NCBI GenBank assembly: GCA_034002865.1
Contig: JAVEZR010000001.1
Location: 53,247-117,246 of the forward strand
DNA from: Candidatus Dojkabacteria bacterium
GTDB taxonomy: Bacteria > Patescibacteriota > Dojkabacteria > SC72
Length of the DNA stretch: 64,000 nucleotides
Reading direction: 5' to 3'
Position 1 is the stretch's first letter. Every line of letters starts with the position of its first letter. The notes below the pieces were generated by a model, which worked only from the letters and a program-made list of their open reading frames with translations, was not told the origin of the DNA and did not search any database. Shown piece by piece: positions 1 through 8,550 of this stretch. The position numbers and the translations under genes are program-made.

Positions 1-24
1 AAAGAGGGAGAAGTTGTAGAGTAA
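1..24 (+). CDS. 3' end of an upstream CDS (…KEGEVVE*), possibly the DnaK C-terminus
   Basis: Frame 1 reads AAA GAG GGA GAA GTT GTA GAG TAA and is followed by a strong terminator. The acidic EGEVVE tail resembles DnaK ends, but 7 codons cannot identify the gene. Confidence 0.4.
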   Translation, partial: KEGEVVE

Positions 25-35
25 GGGTAGAGTAC

Positions 36-65
36 GAAGGGGGCTTTATGCCCCCTTCTATTTTT
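36..65 (+). terminator. Rho-independent terminator
   Basis: Perfect 9-bp stem GAAGGGGGC-tttat-GCCCCCTTC followed by tattttt. Confidence 0.85.
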
Positions 66-112
66 GCTAAGATAAATGACAATATAAATAATTATTTATC
101 TGCCCTAGTATA

Positions 113-2416
113 ATGCTAAGTAATAATACAAAAAGTAATACATCCGATACTTCTACAATGGATTTATCATTCTTCCAAAGACAGCTTTTCTATATCACAC
201 TATTCTTTCTTCCTTGGTTTGTAATTCCATTACCTTGGGATTCTACAGACCAGATAAAGACAACCCTCTTTATTTTACTTGCCTCCCTTATCATACTTCT
301 AGAAGTAGTAAAGTGGATATGGGATGGTAAGATATCTATTCTTAGATCTAAATTTGACAAAGTATTTCTTGTACTACTCTTCTCATTTATCATCTCTACT
401 ATATTCTCATTGGATAAATGGATAGCTGTTTGGGGTTTTGAAGGGCGTCTAAGTACAGGACTTCTTTCAATGTCAGTACTCTTGGTATTCTTTTTCTTAG
501 CTAGGAGTTTTTTGAATAAAAGTAAGCAAATACTAAAATCTATAGAGATTTTACTTCTAGGAGTTGCGATTTTAACTATCCTAAGCATGTTATCTTTCTT
601 TAAGGTAGATATATTTAGCTGGATACCATATTTAAAACATTTCTTTATCGTAGGACTACCACTTACATTTTCACTGAAGGAAATACTCCTTATCTCTGGG
701 AGTTCAATATTCTTAAGTATAGCTTTGATAATTAACTACCTTGGAGAACATAAATATCAAAGGGTTTTACTACCTTTTGGAACTCTTACTCTTGGTTTTA
801 TATCAATCGTATTCTTTTCAATTAATCAGGGAATAGTAATCCCTATATTAATATTACTTGGAATTATATTAACCTCTCTACTTCTATTCGTTAAACTAGA
901 AAAAAAGTTTAATTTCTTTCCAGCCCTATTAGCAATCTTCTCTGTATTAACAATGGTATTCGCCGTTGGTTTTCAATACGAATCATTCAGAGATTCAATA
1001 TTAGGGTCCTCATTCGAAGTTATTTCACCTCTTAGTTTAGCTCCAGATATATCATGGAAAATCTCAAGCGGTGTTATTGTTGAAGACTTCTATAGGGGTC
1101 TAGTTGGAATCGGTAACGAATCTTTCTCTTTAGCTTATAAGCTATTCAGACCTGCAACAGCATCAACAATTTCTCTCGGAAATGTTGATTTAAACTACGC
1201 TTCAAGTGAGATTTTTACAACTCTCGCTAACCGAGGAATTATTGGGGTTATAGTTTGGATTCTTCTAGGAGTAGTACTACTTAAATCTTTAGTTTTGGAT
1301 TTAACAGAGAACTTTAAGGATCAGAAAAGTCTTCTAGTGATAGCTCTTGAGATTAACGCTATTATATTTTTCTTAGCTTCTCTTTTTGTTCCATTTTCAT
1401 TCCTCCTTTACTTCCTTTTCAGTGTATCGGTACTTCTTCTACTAATATTGAAGAATGTTACTGAAAAGAATGAAGAGCAATTTCTACTTAAATTCTGGGC
1501 AGTAAATATTGGAGGACAATCAAAGGATATAAATAAGACGATTACAGGTATTAATTGGTTCTTTACATCTCTTCTAATTATACTTACCTTTGCAGGACTT
1601 CTTTCCTTAGGTAGTAAAACTCTCTCCTCTTTATACATCGTAAGGGCTGAAGCGTACAGCATAGAGGAGAGTAAAAAATATGAAAGCAAACAGGAGGTTA
1701 CATTTGAGCAAAGAGAGGAGTTCTTTAATAGATTAATATCGTATTACTACAAAGCTCTACGATATGATTCTTCTAATCCAATAGCAAATAGAAAGGCCAG
1801 TGCCTCTGCATTAGAGATTATGGCAGTATTAAGTGAAAGTTATCAGAAAGCATCAGAGAGCGAGAAGTCTTCAATACTTTCTGAAATCTCAAACTGGAAA
1901 AATATCTCTATAGATTTATCAAAAGAAGCAATCAGTACCTCCTCGTATACATATACCAACTGGTATAACAGGGCTTCCATTTATATTGGATTTTTAAGTA
2001 TAGGGCTTTCAGATTACAGTGAGGATGCCCTTTCTGCTTTGCAGTATTGTGTTAATCTAAATCCCCTAGACTATGAATCATACTATCGTGCTGGACAGAT
2101 ATATATGATTAAGGAAGACTATGAGAAAGCTTTATCAGCATTTAATAACGTTTTGAATATAAATGGACAGCATGTTCCATCTTTAGTTCTTTCAGCGAGA
2201 ATATTCAATGAGAATGGTGATACTAAGAATGCAATATCATTCCTTGAAGCAGCAAAGAAGATAATGGAGATAAATAAGCTAGAGGAAGATGATATGTATA
2301 GTAGCATTGTAGATAGCCTAAAAGAGTTAGGTGCAAATAATCCGGAGTTAAAAGAGAGTAGTGATGAGAAAAGTGAGAATTCTTTAACTAATGAATTTGA
2401 GCCACTTGAGCCCTAA
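113..2416 (+). CDS. Polytopic membrane protein (O-antigen ligase/Wzy-like) with C-terminal TPR repeats
   Basis: About 13 hydrophobic segments; Wzy_C-like loop 'GLVGIGNESF…LANRGIIG'; TPR repeats (ESYYRAGQIY…ALSAFNNVL). The start may be Met16 at 158. Confidence 0.7.
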   Translation: MLSNNTKSNTSDTSTMDLSFFQRQLFYITLFFLPWFVIPLPWDSTDQIKTTLFILLASLIILLEVVKWIWDGKISILRSKFDKVFLVLLFSFIISTIFSLDKWIAVWGFEGRLSTGLLSMSVLLVFFFLARSFLNKSKQILKSIEILLLGVAILTILSMLSFFKVDIFSWIPYLKHFFIVGLPLTFSLKEILLISGSSIFLSIALIINYLGEHKYQRVLLPFGTLTLGFISIVFFSINQGIVIPILILLGIILTSLLLFVKLEKKFNFFPALLAIFSVLTMVFAVGFQYESFRDSILGSSFEVISPLSLAPDISWKISSGVIVEDFYRGLVGIGNESFSLAYKLFRPATASTISLGNVDLNYASSEIFTTLANRGIIGVIVWILLGVVLLKSLVLDLTENFKDQKSLLVIALEINAIIFFLASLFVPFSFLLYFLFSVSVLLLLILKNVTEKNEEQFLLKFWAVNIGGQSKDINKTITGINWFFTSLLIILTFAGLLSLGSKTLSSLYIVRAEAYSIEESKKYESKQEVTFEQREEFFNRLISYYYKALRYDSSNPIANRKASASALEIMAVLSESYQKASESEKSSILSEISNWKNISIDLSKEAISTSSYTYTNWYNRASIYIGFLSIGLSDYSEDALSALQYCVNLNPLDYESYYRAGQIYMIKEDYEKALSAFNNVLNINGQHVPSLVLSARIFNENGDTKNAISFLEAAKKIMEINKLEEDDMYSSIVDSLKELGANNPELKESSDEKSENSLTNEFEPLEP

Positions 2417-2937
2417 AAGAGAGTTATTAATACAACCTCTTTTATACTCTTTCTCTTTATATTCTCTATTTCTTTCTTTAATATATCTATACTTTCTAAA
2501 GTTTCTCCTACTAAGATTATCCTTCCTTTCCCCCTCTCTTTGCTTAAGGAAGTAGCTAGGTACCTATTAAGATTGAATGCTTCCTTACTCTTAGAATGTA
2601 TTGGATATATTACTGACTTAGATATCATTCCCTCTAGCTTAGAATATTTAATAAGCTTAAAAAGTAAATATCTATATATACTGTAGATATTAAGAACCTT
2701 TTTTTTCTCTAACTCTCTTAAATATTTATCTCCAATATTCCATCCCTTAATAGAGAGAATAGGGATATCGCTAAATGAACACCCCTTATGAGTAACTCCA
2801 TTTGTAGATATTCTTTTGCATACACAGCATGCGGGAAGAGCTTTAGGTATATGTAGTAGGCAGTAATCGCATATTTCATAACCTACACGAGAGCAGAGAA
2901 TACACTGAGGGGGAAATATATGGTCTAGAAGTGGCAT
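2413..2937 (-). CDS. ComF-like protein: double zinc ribbon with a degenerate phosphoribosyltransferase-like domain
   Basis: LLDHIFPPQCILC…ICDYC…CCVC…HKGC. The PRT DD motif is replaced in 'IILVGE'. Confidence 0.7.
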   Translation of the reverse strand: MPLLDHIFPPQCILCSRVGYEICDYCLLHIPKALPACCVCKRISTNGVTHKGCSFSDIPILSIKGWNIGDKYLRELEKKKVLNIYSIYRYLLFKLIKYSKLEGMISKSVIYPIHSKSKEAFNLNRYLATSLSKERGKGRIILVGETLESIDILKKEIENIKRKSIKEVVLITLF

Positions 2938-3033
2938 ATCATATTATACATTCCTATTATTAAAAAATTTGATTAATGTTTACATTTCCATTATGATATT
3001 ATTCGCTAATTACATATTGATAAAGGGATAATA

Positions 3034-4803
3034 GTGATAAAGAAAAACAGTGTTTTTACAGTAATGTTTATTCTCCTTGTAACGAAGATATTGGGCTTTT
3101 GGAAGCTTAGAATCTTTGCTCAAATGTTTGGAGCTTCTCATGAGTTAGATATCTTCTGGGCGGCCTTTACTATCCCTGACATTATCTTCATGGTGCTTGT
3201 TGCAGGCTCTATCAACGCCGCAATAATACCGATACTCTCAGAGGTATTGTATGATAAAGGCAAGAAGAGTTTTAACAAACTCTTTCAGCAGCTAACTGCT
3301 ATCTTCTTTGCACTAACCTTTGTCTCATTACTCTTAGCTCTGTTATTCGCACCTCAGATTACTACCTGGATAGTTTCTAATAACTATGCACATACAGTAT
3401 TTAATATGTCGTATCGTATATCCTCTACTGATTATGATCTCTTTATTCAACTATTTAGGATAGGGTTACTATCTCCACTATTCCTTAGTGTAAGTGGCTT
3501 TGTAACTGCATATTTACAAGTAAGAAGGCAGTTCTTTGTTACAACCCTTGCACCTCTGTTTTATAACTTAGCAATGATTATCGGTACATATGTATTAGTC
3601 CTATATACAGATTTAGGTGTTGTTGGTATCGCTATCTCTGCAGTTATTGGATCATTAATTCATCTCCTTATACAAATACCTCATCTATTAAAATATTATA
3701 AAACAGATAACTATTTACTGTTTGATATTAAATCACTAGTAAGAGAACCAAACATTGTTAGAGCATTTAGGTTAGCACTACCCAGAATGTTAGGAGTGTT
3801 AGGAGAACAGTTCAATACCATCGTAAATACCTTTATCAGTTTCACACTTACAGCAGGAGCATTGAGTGCATACAGATTTGCATACAGTCTACATCTCTTC
3901 CCAATTAACATTATCGGAAGTGCAGTAGCACAAGTAGCACTACCTGATCTAGCTAAATATTCCTGTAAAAATGAAGATGAGAAGTTTAAGAAGGTGTTCA
4001 ATGAGTCTATACAACTCTCCTTGTATCTCATATTCCCAATAGTCGCTATTATGCTAATACTAAGATTACCTCTTGTACGTCTAATCTACGGTACAGGAGC
4101 ATTTGACTGGCAAGATACCATCTTAACATCATGGACCTTAGCTCTTCTCTCTATCTCTGTAATAGGTCAAACTGTTGTTCAGATATTACTAAGAGCTTTC
4201 TACGCTCTTAAAGATACATGGATGCCCCTTATCGCTATCACTGTAGGTATACTAACCAATCTCTTAGGAGCATATCTCTTTACAAATTTCTTTAGTCATT
4301 ACTACGACTGGAGGCCAATACTTGAACAGGTATGGATTCAGGTAGCACAGGCTAACGGTAATGGAGTTATGTCTGTACTTAAATCTTTCTTAGGAGATAT
4401 TTACAGCTGGAGTACAACAAGAGGAGATTCTAATCTTGCAGTAGGAGGTTTAGCATTAAGTTTAAGTGTCTCATACTTCTTACAGATGATATTAGCAGCA
4501 TTCTTACTAAACAAAAAAAGGGCCGTTATCTCATGGCAAGAAACCATATATCCAACCCTTCTTAAAACTCTTAATACCTTAATAATGATGTTAGGAATGT
4601 ACTTTGTATTCAGACTCTTTGACTTCCAACTAGATACTAGTAGGACAGTATATGTAATTGTACTTACAGTAATAACCTCTCTGTATGGAGCCCTATCATA
4701 TCTCGTAGGTTCTAAGATTTTCTCTCCGGGTGAATTCTCTAAGGTAGAAGATATGCTCAAGGGTTTTAGAAAGAGATTTAGTAATGGAAATAATTTAACA
4801 TAG
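3034..4803 (+). CDS. murJ: Lipid II flippase MurJ (MviN)
   Basis: TKILGF…FGAS…DIFWAAFTIPD…AGSINAAIIP, ALPDLA, RAFYALKDT motifs; GTG start. Confidence 0.93.
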   Translation: MIKKNSVFTVMFILLVTKILGFWKLRIFAQMFGASHELDIFWAAFTIPDIIFMVLVAGSINAAIIPILSEVLYDKGKKSFNKLFQQLTAIFFALTFVSLLLALLFAPQITTWIVSNNYAHTVFNMSYRISSTDYDLFIQLFRIGLLSPLFLSVSGFVTAYLQVRRQFFVTTLAPLFYNLAMIIGTYVLVLYTDLGVVGIAISAVIGSLIHLLIQIPHLLKYYKTDNYLLFDIKSLVREPNIVRAFRLALPRMLGVLGEQFNTIVNTFISFTLTAGALSAYRFAYSLHLFPINIIGSAVAQVALPDLAKYSCKNEDEKFKKVFNESIQLSLYLIFPIVAIMLILRLPLVRLIYGTGAFDWQDTILTSWTLALLSISVIGQTVVQILLRAFYALKDTWMPLIAITVGILTNLLGAYLFTNFFSHYYDWRPILEQVWIQVAQANGNGVMSVLKSFLGDIYSWSTTRGDSNLAVGGLALSLSVSYFLQMILAAFLLNKKRAVISWQETIYPTLLKTLNTLIMMLGMYFVFRLFDFQLDTSRTVYVIVLTVITSLYGALSYLVGSKIFSPGEFSKVEDMLKGFRKRFSNGNNLT

Positions 4804-4809
4804 TTTGAT

Positions 4810-5412
4810 GTGAAGAGATTTTTCAAATTCCTCTTTCTCTTAATATTAATATCTGCCATCCTCCTTCTAGGAGCTGTATTTCTGTTTATAAATAGGTATA
4901 ACACATGGGAGAAAGAGTTCGAGCAAAGCCTTGTATCCAGCAACCTAGTAATACCTGGTAATCCTTTGGAACAGGATATAGAGGAAAAGATTGTAAGATT
5001 TACACTCTCAGCTGAGAGTACAGATTCCTTAGTACTGACAACTCGTGAGGTAGGAGAGCTTACTCTTGTTGTATTACAAGATTACCTTAAAGAAGATATT
5101 CAAGTAAGTAAAATATATATTGAACCAAACAGTAGAGTCTGGAATATATATGCTAAGGTTAATTACAGAAAGCTCTCTCTTTGGATGTCTGTAGATGTTA
5201 ATAAGGATAATATGCAAACAGCCCAGCTATATATTACAGAGGTTAAGATAGGGCCATATTCGATAGGGAGAGTAGGTAATATGATTGAAATGATAAATAG
5301 CGGTATTGCGAACTCTCTACTTACTGTAAATGAGAATGGTTTCTCTGGAAGGTATTTAGAAAACATTGAACTTTTAGAGGACGCCCTTGTCATAAAGGGG
5401 TATAGATATTGA
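4810..5412 (+). CDS. N-terminally anchored hypothetical protein (LmeA/DUF2140-like fold possible)
   Basis: 200-aa ORF with a single N-terminal TM, 6 nt after murJ. Confidence 0.6.
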   Translation: MKRFFKFLFLLILISAILLLGAVFLFINRYNTWEKEFEQSLVSSNLVIPGNPLEQDIEEKIVRFTLSAESTDSLVLTTREVGELTLVVLQDYLKEDIQVSKIYIEPNSRVWNIYAKVNYRKLSLWMSVDVNKDNMQTAQLYITEVKIGPYSIGRVGNMIEMINSGIANSLLTVNENGFSGRYLENIELLEDALVIKGYRY

Positions 5413-5437
5413 CAATTCTTCTCTGACTCTCTAAAAT
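5409..5437 (+). promoter_or_regulatory. Sigma70 promoter of groESL
   Basis: TTGACA (5409-5414), N17, TAAAAT (5432-5437). Confidence 0.85.
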
Positions 5438-5439
5438 CA

Positions 5440-5466
5440 TTAGCAGTCTCTTTTTACATTTGCTAA
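5440..5466 (+). promoter_or_regulatory. Degenerate CIRCE (HrcA operator)
   Basis: TTAGCAGTC-N9-ATTTGCTAA versus consensus TTAGCACTC-N9-GAGTGCTAA, directly downstream of the groES -10. Confidence 0.75.
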
Positions 5467-5488
5467 ATAATTTATCAAACAAATTCAT

Positions 5489-5791
5489 ATGTCTAGTAAT
5501 ATAAAAATTACACCATTGGGTAGAAGAGTTGTAGTTAAACCCCAAGATATCCAGGAGAAAACCCCAGGAGGCTTAGTCATACCACCTAATGCAGCAGAAG
5601 AGAAAAGGCCAGCCTTTGGAGAAGTTGTTAAGTTAGGAATTGGAAAGGATAAAGAAGGAAAGGCTTTAAAGTTTGATGTTAAGGTTGGTGACTTAGTATA
5701 TTTTAAAAAATACACCCCAGAGGAAATAGAGGTAGATGGAGAAGAGTATTTAATACTTGAATCAGAAGATATCCTCGCTATCGTCAAGTAA
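5489..5791 (+). CDS. groES: Co-chaperonin GroES
   Basis: ITPLGRRVVV…TPGGLVIP…VKVGDLV…EDILAIV. Confidence 0.97.
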   Translation: MSSNIKITPLGRRVVVKPQDIQEKTPGGLVIPPNAAEEKRPAFGEVVKLGIGKDKEGKALKFDVKVGDLVYFKKYTPEEIEVDGEEYLILESEDILAIVK

Positions 5792-5821
5792 CTTAGATTA
5801 AATTTTTAGTAATAAATAAGT

Positions 5822-7444
5822 ATGTCAAAATCAATAATATACGATGAAGAGGCAAGAAAAGCACTAAAAGCAGGAGTAGATATAATTGCAAATGCAGTTA
5901 AAACAACATTAGGTCCTAAGGGAAGAAATGTAGCCATAGCAAAGAGCTTCGGTTCTCAAACAGTAACTAAAGATGGTGTTACTGTTGCAAAAGAGATAGA
6001 AGATAAAGATCCTTTTAAAAATGTAGGAATAGAAATGATGAAAGAGGCATCCAGAAAGGTAAATGATTTAGCAGGAGATGGTACAACTACTGTAATAGTT
6101 TTAGCACAAGCAATTGTTAATGCAGGTTTTAGGAATGTTGCTGCAGGTTCTAATCCAATAGCTCTTAAGAGAGGTTTAGATAAGGGTGTAGAGATAGTTG
6201 TTAAAGCTCTTCAGAAATCAGCAAAGATGATTAACAGTAAGGAAGAGATATCCCAGGTAGCAACAATATCCTCTAACAATGACAAAGAGTTAGGAACGAT
6301 GATTGGAGATGTATTTGAGAAGGTTGGTAAAGATGGTGTGATTACTGTAGAAGAAGCGAAAGGTTTTCTTGATGAGATTGAATATACAGAGGGTATGCAA
6401 TTTGATCAGGGATATGTAAGTTCTTACTTTGTAACAGACTCAGAGAGCCAAGAGGCAGTTATGGAAAACCCATATGTATTTGTTACAGACAAAAAACTTT
6501 CTAGTCTTCAAGAGATTCAAGCTATTGCAGAGAAGGTATTAGCTGCAGCAGATAGACCATTAGTTATAATTGCAGATGATATCGAGAATCAAGCATTAGC
6601 AACATTGGTAGTTAACAAGTTAAGAGGTACTCTTAATGTAGTTGCAGTAAAAGCACCAGGCTTTGGAGATAGGAAGAAAGAGATATTAAAAGATATAGCA
6701 ATACTAACAGGGGCAGCATATATCTCAGATGAAATTGGTAAAACATTGGATAGTGTTGATTTAACAGATTTAGGTAGTGCAAAGAAATTTATAATTAATA
6801 AAGAGAAGACTGTCATAGTAGAAGGCTTAGGTAAGCAATCTGAAATTAAGAAAAGGGTTGCAGAAATTAAAGCACAGATAGAATCTACTACATCTGATTA
6901 TGACAAAGAGAAACTACAAGAGAGATTAGCAAAGATAGCAGGAGGAGTTGCAGTAATAAAAGTAGGAGCAGCTTCAGAGGTAGAGGCTAAAGAGAAGAAG
7001 CAGAGAGTAGAGGATGCTATTAATGCAACTAGAGCAGCTATTGAAGAGGGTGTTGTAGTAGGTGGTGGTTTAGCACTGCATAACATTAAGTCTGCACTAG
7101 ATAAAACATCTCTTAGTGATCCCGATGAACAGTTAGGAATAGAGATACTTAGAGGTATACTTAGTGAACCTTTAAAGCAGATAGCTCAGAATGCTGGTAA
7201 AGATGGTGCAGTCATTGCATCTAACTGTCATGATAATATTGGATATGATGCTAAAATAGATGAATATGTAGATATGCTTGAAACAGGAATAATTGATCCT
7301 GTTAAGGTAACAAGATTAGCACTTGTAAATGCATCTTCCGTAGGTACTATGCTAATTACAACAGAGGCGGTTGTAGCAGAAATACCTGAGGAGAAATCTC
7401 AGAGTCAAATTCCTGATATGTCAGGTATGCAAGGAATGATGTAA
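5822..7444 (+). CDS. groEL: Chaperonin GroEL
   Basis: TLGPKGRNV, TKDGVTVAKEI, GDGTTT, APGFGDRKK, GMQGMM tail. Confidence 0.99.
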   Translation: MSKSIIYDEEARKALKAGVDIIANAVKTTLGPKGRNVAIAKSFGSQTVTKDGVTVAKEIEDKDPFKNVGIEMMKEASRKVNDLAGDGTTTVIVLAQAIVNAGFRNVAAGSNPIALKRGLDKGVEIVVKALQKSAKMINSKEEISQVATISSNNDKELGTMIGDVFEKVGKDGVITVEEAKGFLDEIEYTEGMQFDQGYVSSYFVTDSESQEAVMENPYVFVTDKKLSSLQEIQAIAEKVLAAADRPLVIIADDIENQALATLVVNKLRGTLNVVAVKAPGFGDRKKEILKDIAILTGAAYISDEIGKTLDSVDLTDLGSAKKFIINKEKTVIVEGLGKQSEIKKRVAEIKAQIESTTSDYDKEKLQERLAKIAGGVAVIKVGAASEVEAKEKKQRVEDAINATRAAIEEGVVVGGGLALHNIKSALDKTSLSDPDEQLGIEILRGILSEPLKQIAQNAGKDGAVIASNCHDNIGYDAKIDEYVDMLETGIIDPVKVTRLALVNASSVGTMLITTEAVVAEIPEEKSQSQIPDMSGMQGMM

Positions 7445-7455
7445 TTAGAATGATT

Positions 7456-7485
7456 AAGACCCCAGTAATGGGGTCTTTTTCTTTT
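7456..7485. terminator. Intrinsic (probably bidirectional) terminator after groEL
   Basis: AAGACCCCA-gtaa-TGGGGTCTT followed by a T-run, between convergent genes. Confidence 0.85.
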
Positions 7486-8023
7486 AATACCTTATCTCTT
7501 GTGCAAGCAATTTACCAAGTATGTCCTCTTTAGAATCTCTTCTATATTTCTTTAACTCAAGAGAGTCATATCCTCTTACAAGAATATAGTCATTTGTTTT
7601 TATAGGAGTATCGGTAGAAACAAAAAACACGCTACTCTTAACATCCACTATCTGTGAAGTAACTAAAGAGCCATCAATAGCGATTACATTTTCATAGTTT
7701 TTAGCTATCCACTCTGGACAGAAGTAGTAATAGTTTGTTTGTAAGGGATCAAACCTTGCAGGAGAGGGAATCTGCGTAAAGAGAGAAACCCTTAAATCAT
7801 TCTGTAGTAATCCTTCAGGTATATGCTCCTGTAATAGCTGTGACTCTGAGACTCCTAGGGCTTTTGTAATCTTTTGAATCTTCTTTAAAGGTGAACTAGT
7901 AGCTCTCTCATATCTAGAAATCATTTCCCATGATACTCCTACCTTATCAGCTAACTGTTGCTGTGTTAATTTAGACCTTTCTCTGTATATACGGATATTT
8001 TCTCCTATATAATTTCGTTTCAT
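7484..8023 (-). CDS. XRE/Cro-CI family HTH transcriptional regulator with a degenerate S24-like C-terminal domain
   Basis: IGENIRIYRERSKLTQQQLADKVGVSWEMISRYE; the C-terminus 'ILGKLL' resembles the LexA/CI CTD end. Confidence 0.85.
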   Translation of the reverse strand: MKRNYIGENIRIYRERSKLTQQQLADKVGVSWEMISRYERATSSPLKKIQKITKALGVSESQLLQEHIPEGLLQNDLRVSLFTQIPSPARFDPLQTNYYYFCPEWIAKNYENVIAIDGSLVTSQIVDVKSSVFFVSTDTPIKTNDYILVRGYDSLELKKYRRDSKEDILGKLLAQEIRY

Positions 8024-8031
8024 GTTTAAGA

Positions 8032-8054
8032 ATTCTATTCTGTTGTAAACAGAA
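8032..8054 (-). promoter_or_regulatory. -10 box (TAGAAT) and perfect palindromic operator upstream of the XRE gene
   Basis: TTCTGTT-gta-AACAGAA (8038-8054) abuts the minus-strand TAGAAT (8032-8037), which lies 8 nt before the ATG. Confidence 0.6.
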
Positions 8055-8078
8055 GATGTATAGAAGAGGAGTTCTTCT

Positions 8079-8534
8079 TTATGAAATGATATTGATCCAA
8101 TTCTCTTTTAACCACCGTCTGGATTTAGTATAGATATCTAATAACTCTCTCTTTTGAAATTCCTTCTTTATTACCCCACCCCTGTGTGGATGTCTATAAA
8201 TTCTTTTAAGTGGGGAATTAAAACCATGTGTATAGTGGCATAGCTCATGTGCAATTGTAGATTTAATAACATACTCTGGTATTTCGTTAGTAGAAAAATA
8301 CTTAGTAATGGTTATTAAAGAAACAGTAGGATCTTCAAAAACAGTATCTTCTAATTTAAGCCTTTTAATATATCTATGGAAAGTTTCCCTATCCTTCACC
8401 ATCTTTATACTCCCTAACTGTCTTTTAGAAGCTTTACCATATTTAATAGCTACGACATTTAATCTAGGAACATCACAAAAATTGTTCTCCCAGAGGTCAT
8501 ATAGTAAATTTTCTAAATATTTGTTGTCTCTCAT
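8079..8534 (-). CDS. SprT-like zinc metalloprotease
   Basis: TIAHELCHY (HExxH) and downstream HPHRG. Confidence 0.8.
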   Translation of the reverse strand: MRDNKYLENLLYDLWENNFCDVPRLNVVAIKYGKASKRQLGSIKMVKDRETFHRYIKRLKLEDTVFEDPTVSLITITKYFSTNEIPEYVIKSTIAHELCHYTHGFNSPLKRIYRHPHRGGVIKKEFQKRELLDIYTKSRRWLKENWINIIS

Positions 8535-8550
8535 GTTATTATATTCTTAG

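Noticed and set aside
7484-8534. Prophage immunity region
   Set aside because: No divergent cro, integrase or phage structural genes nearby
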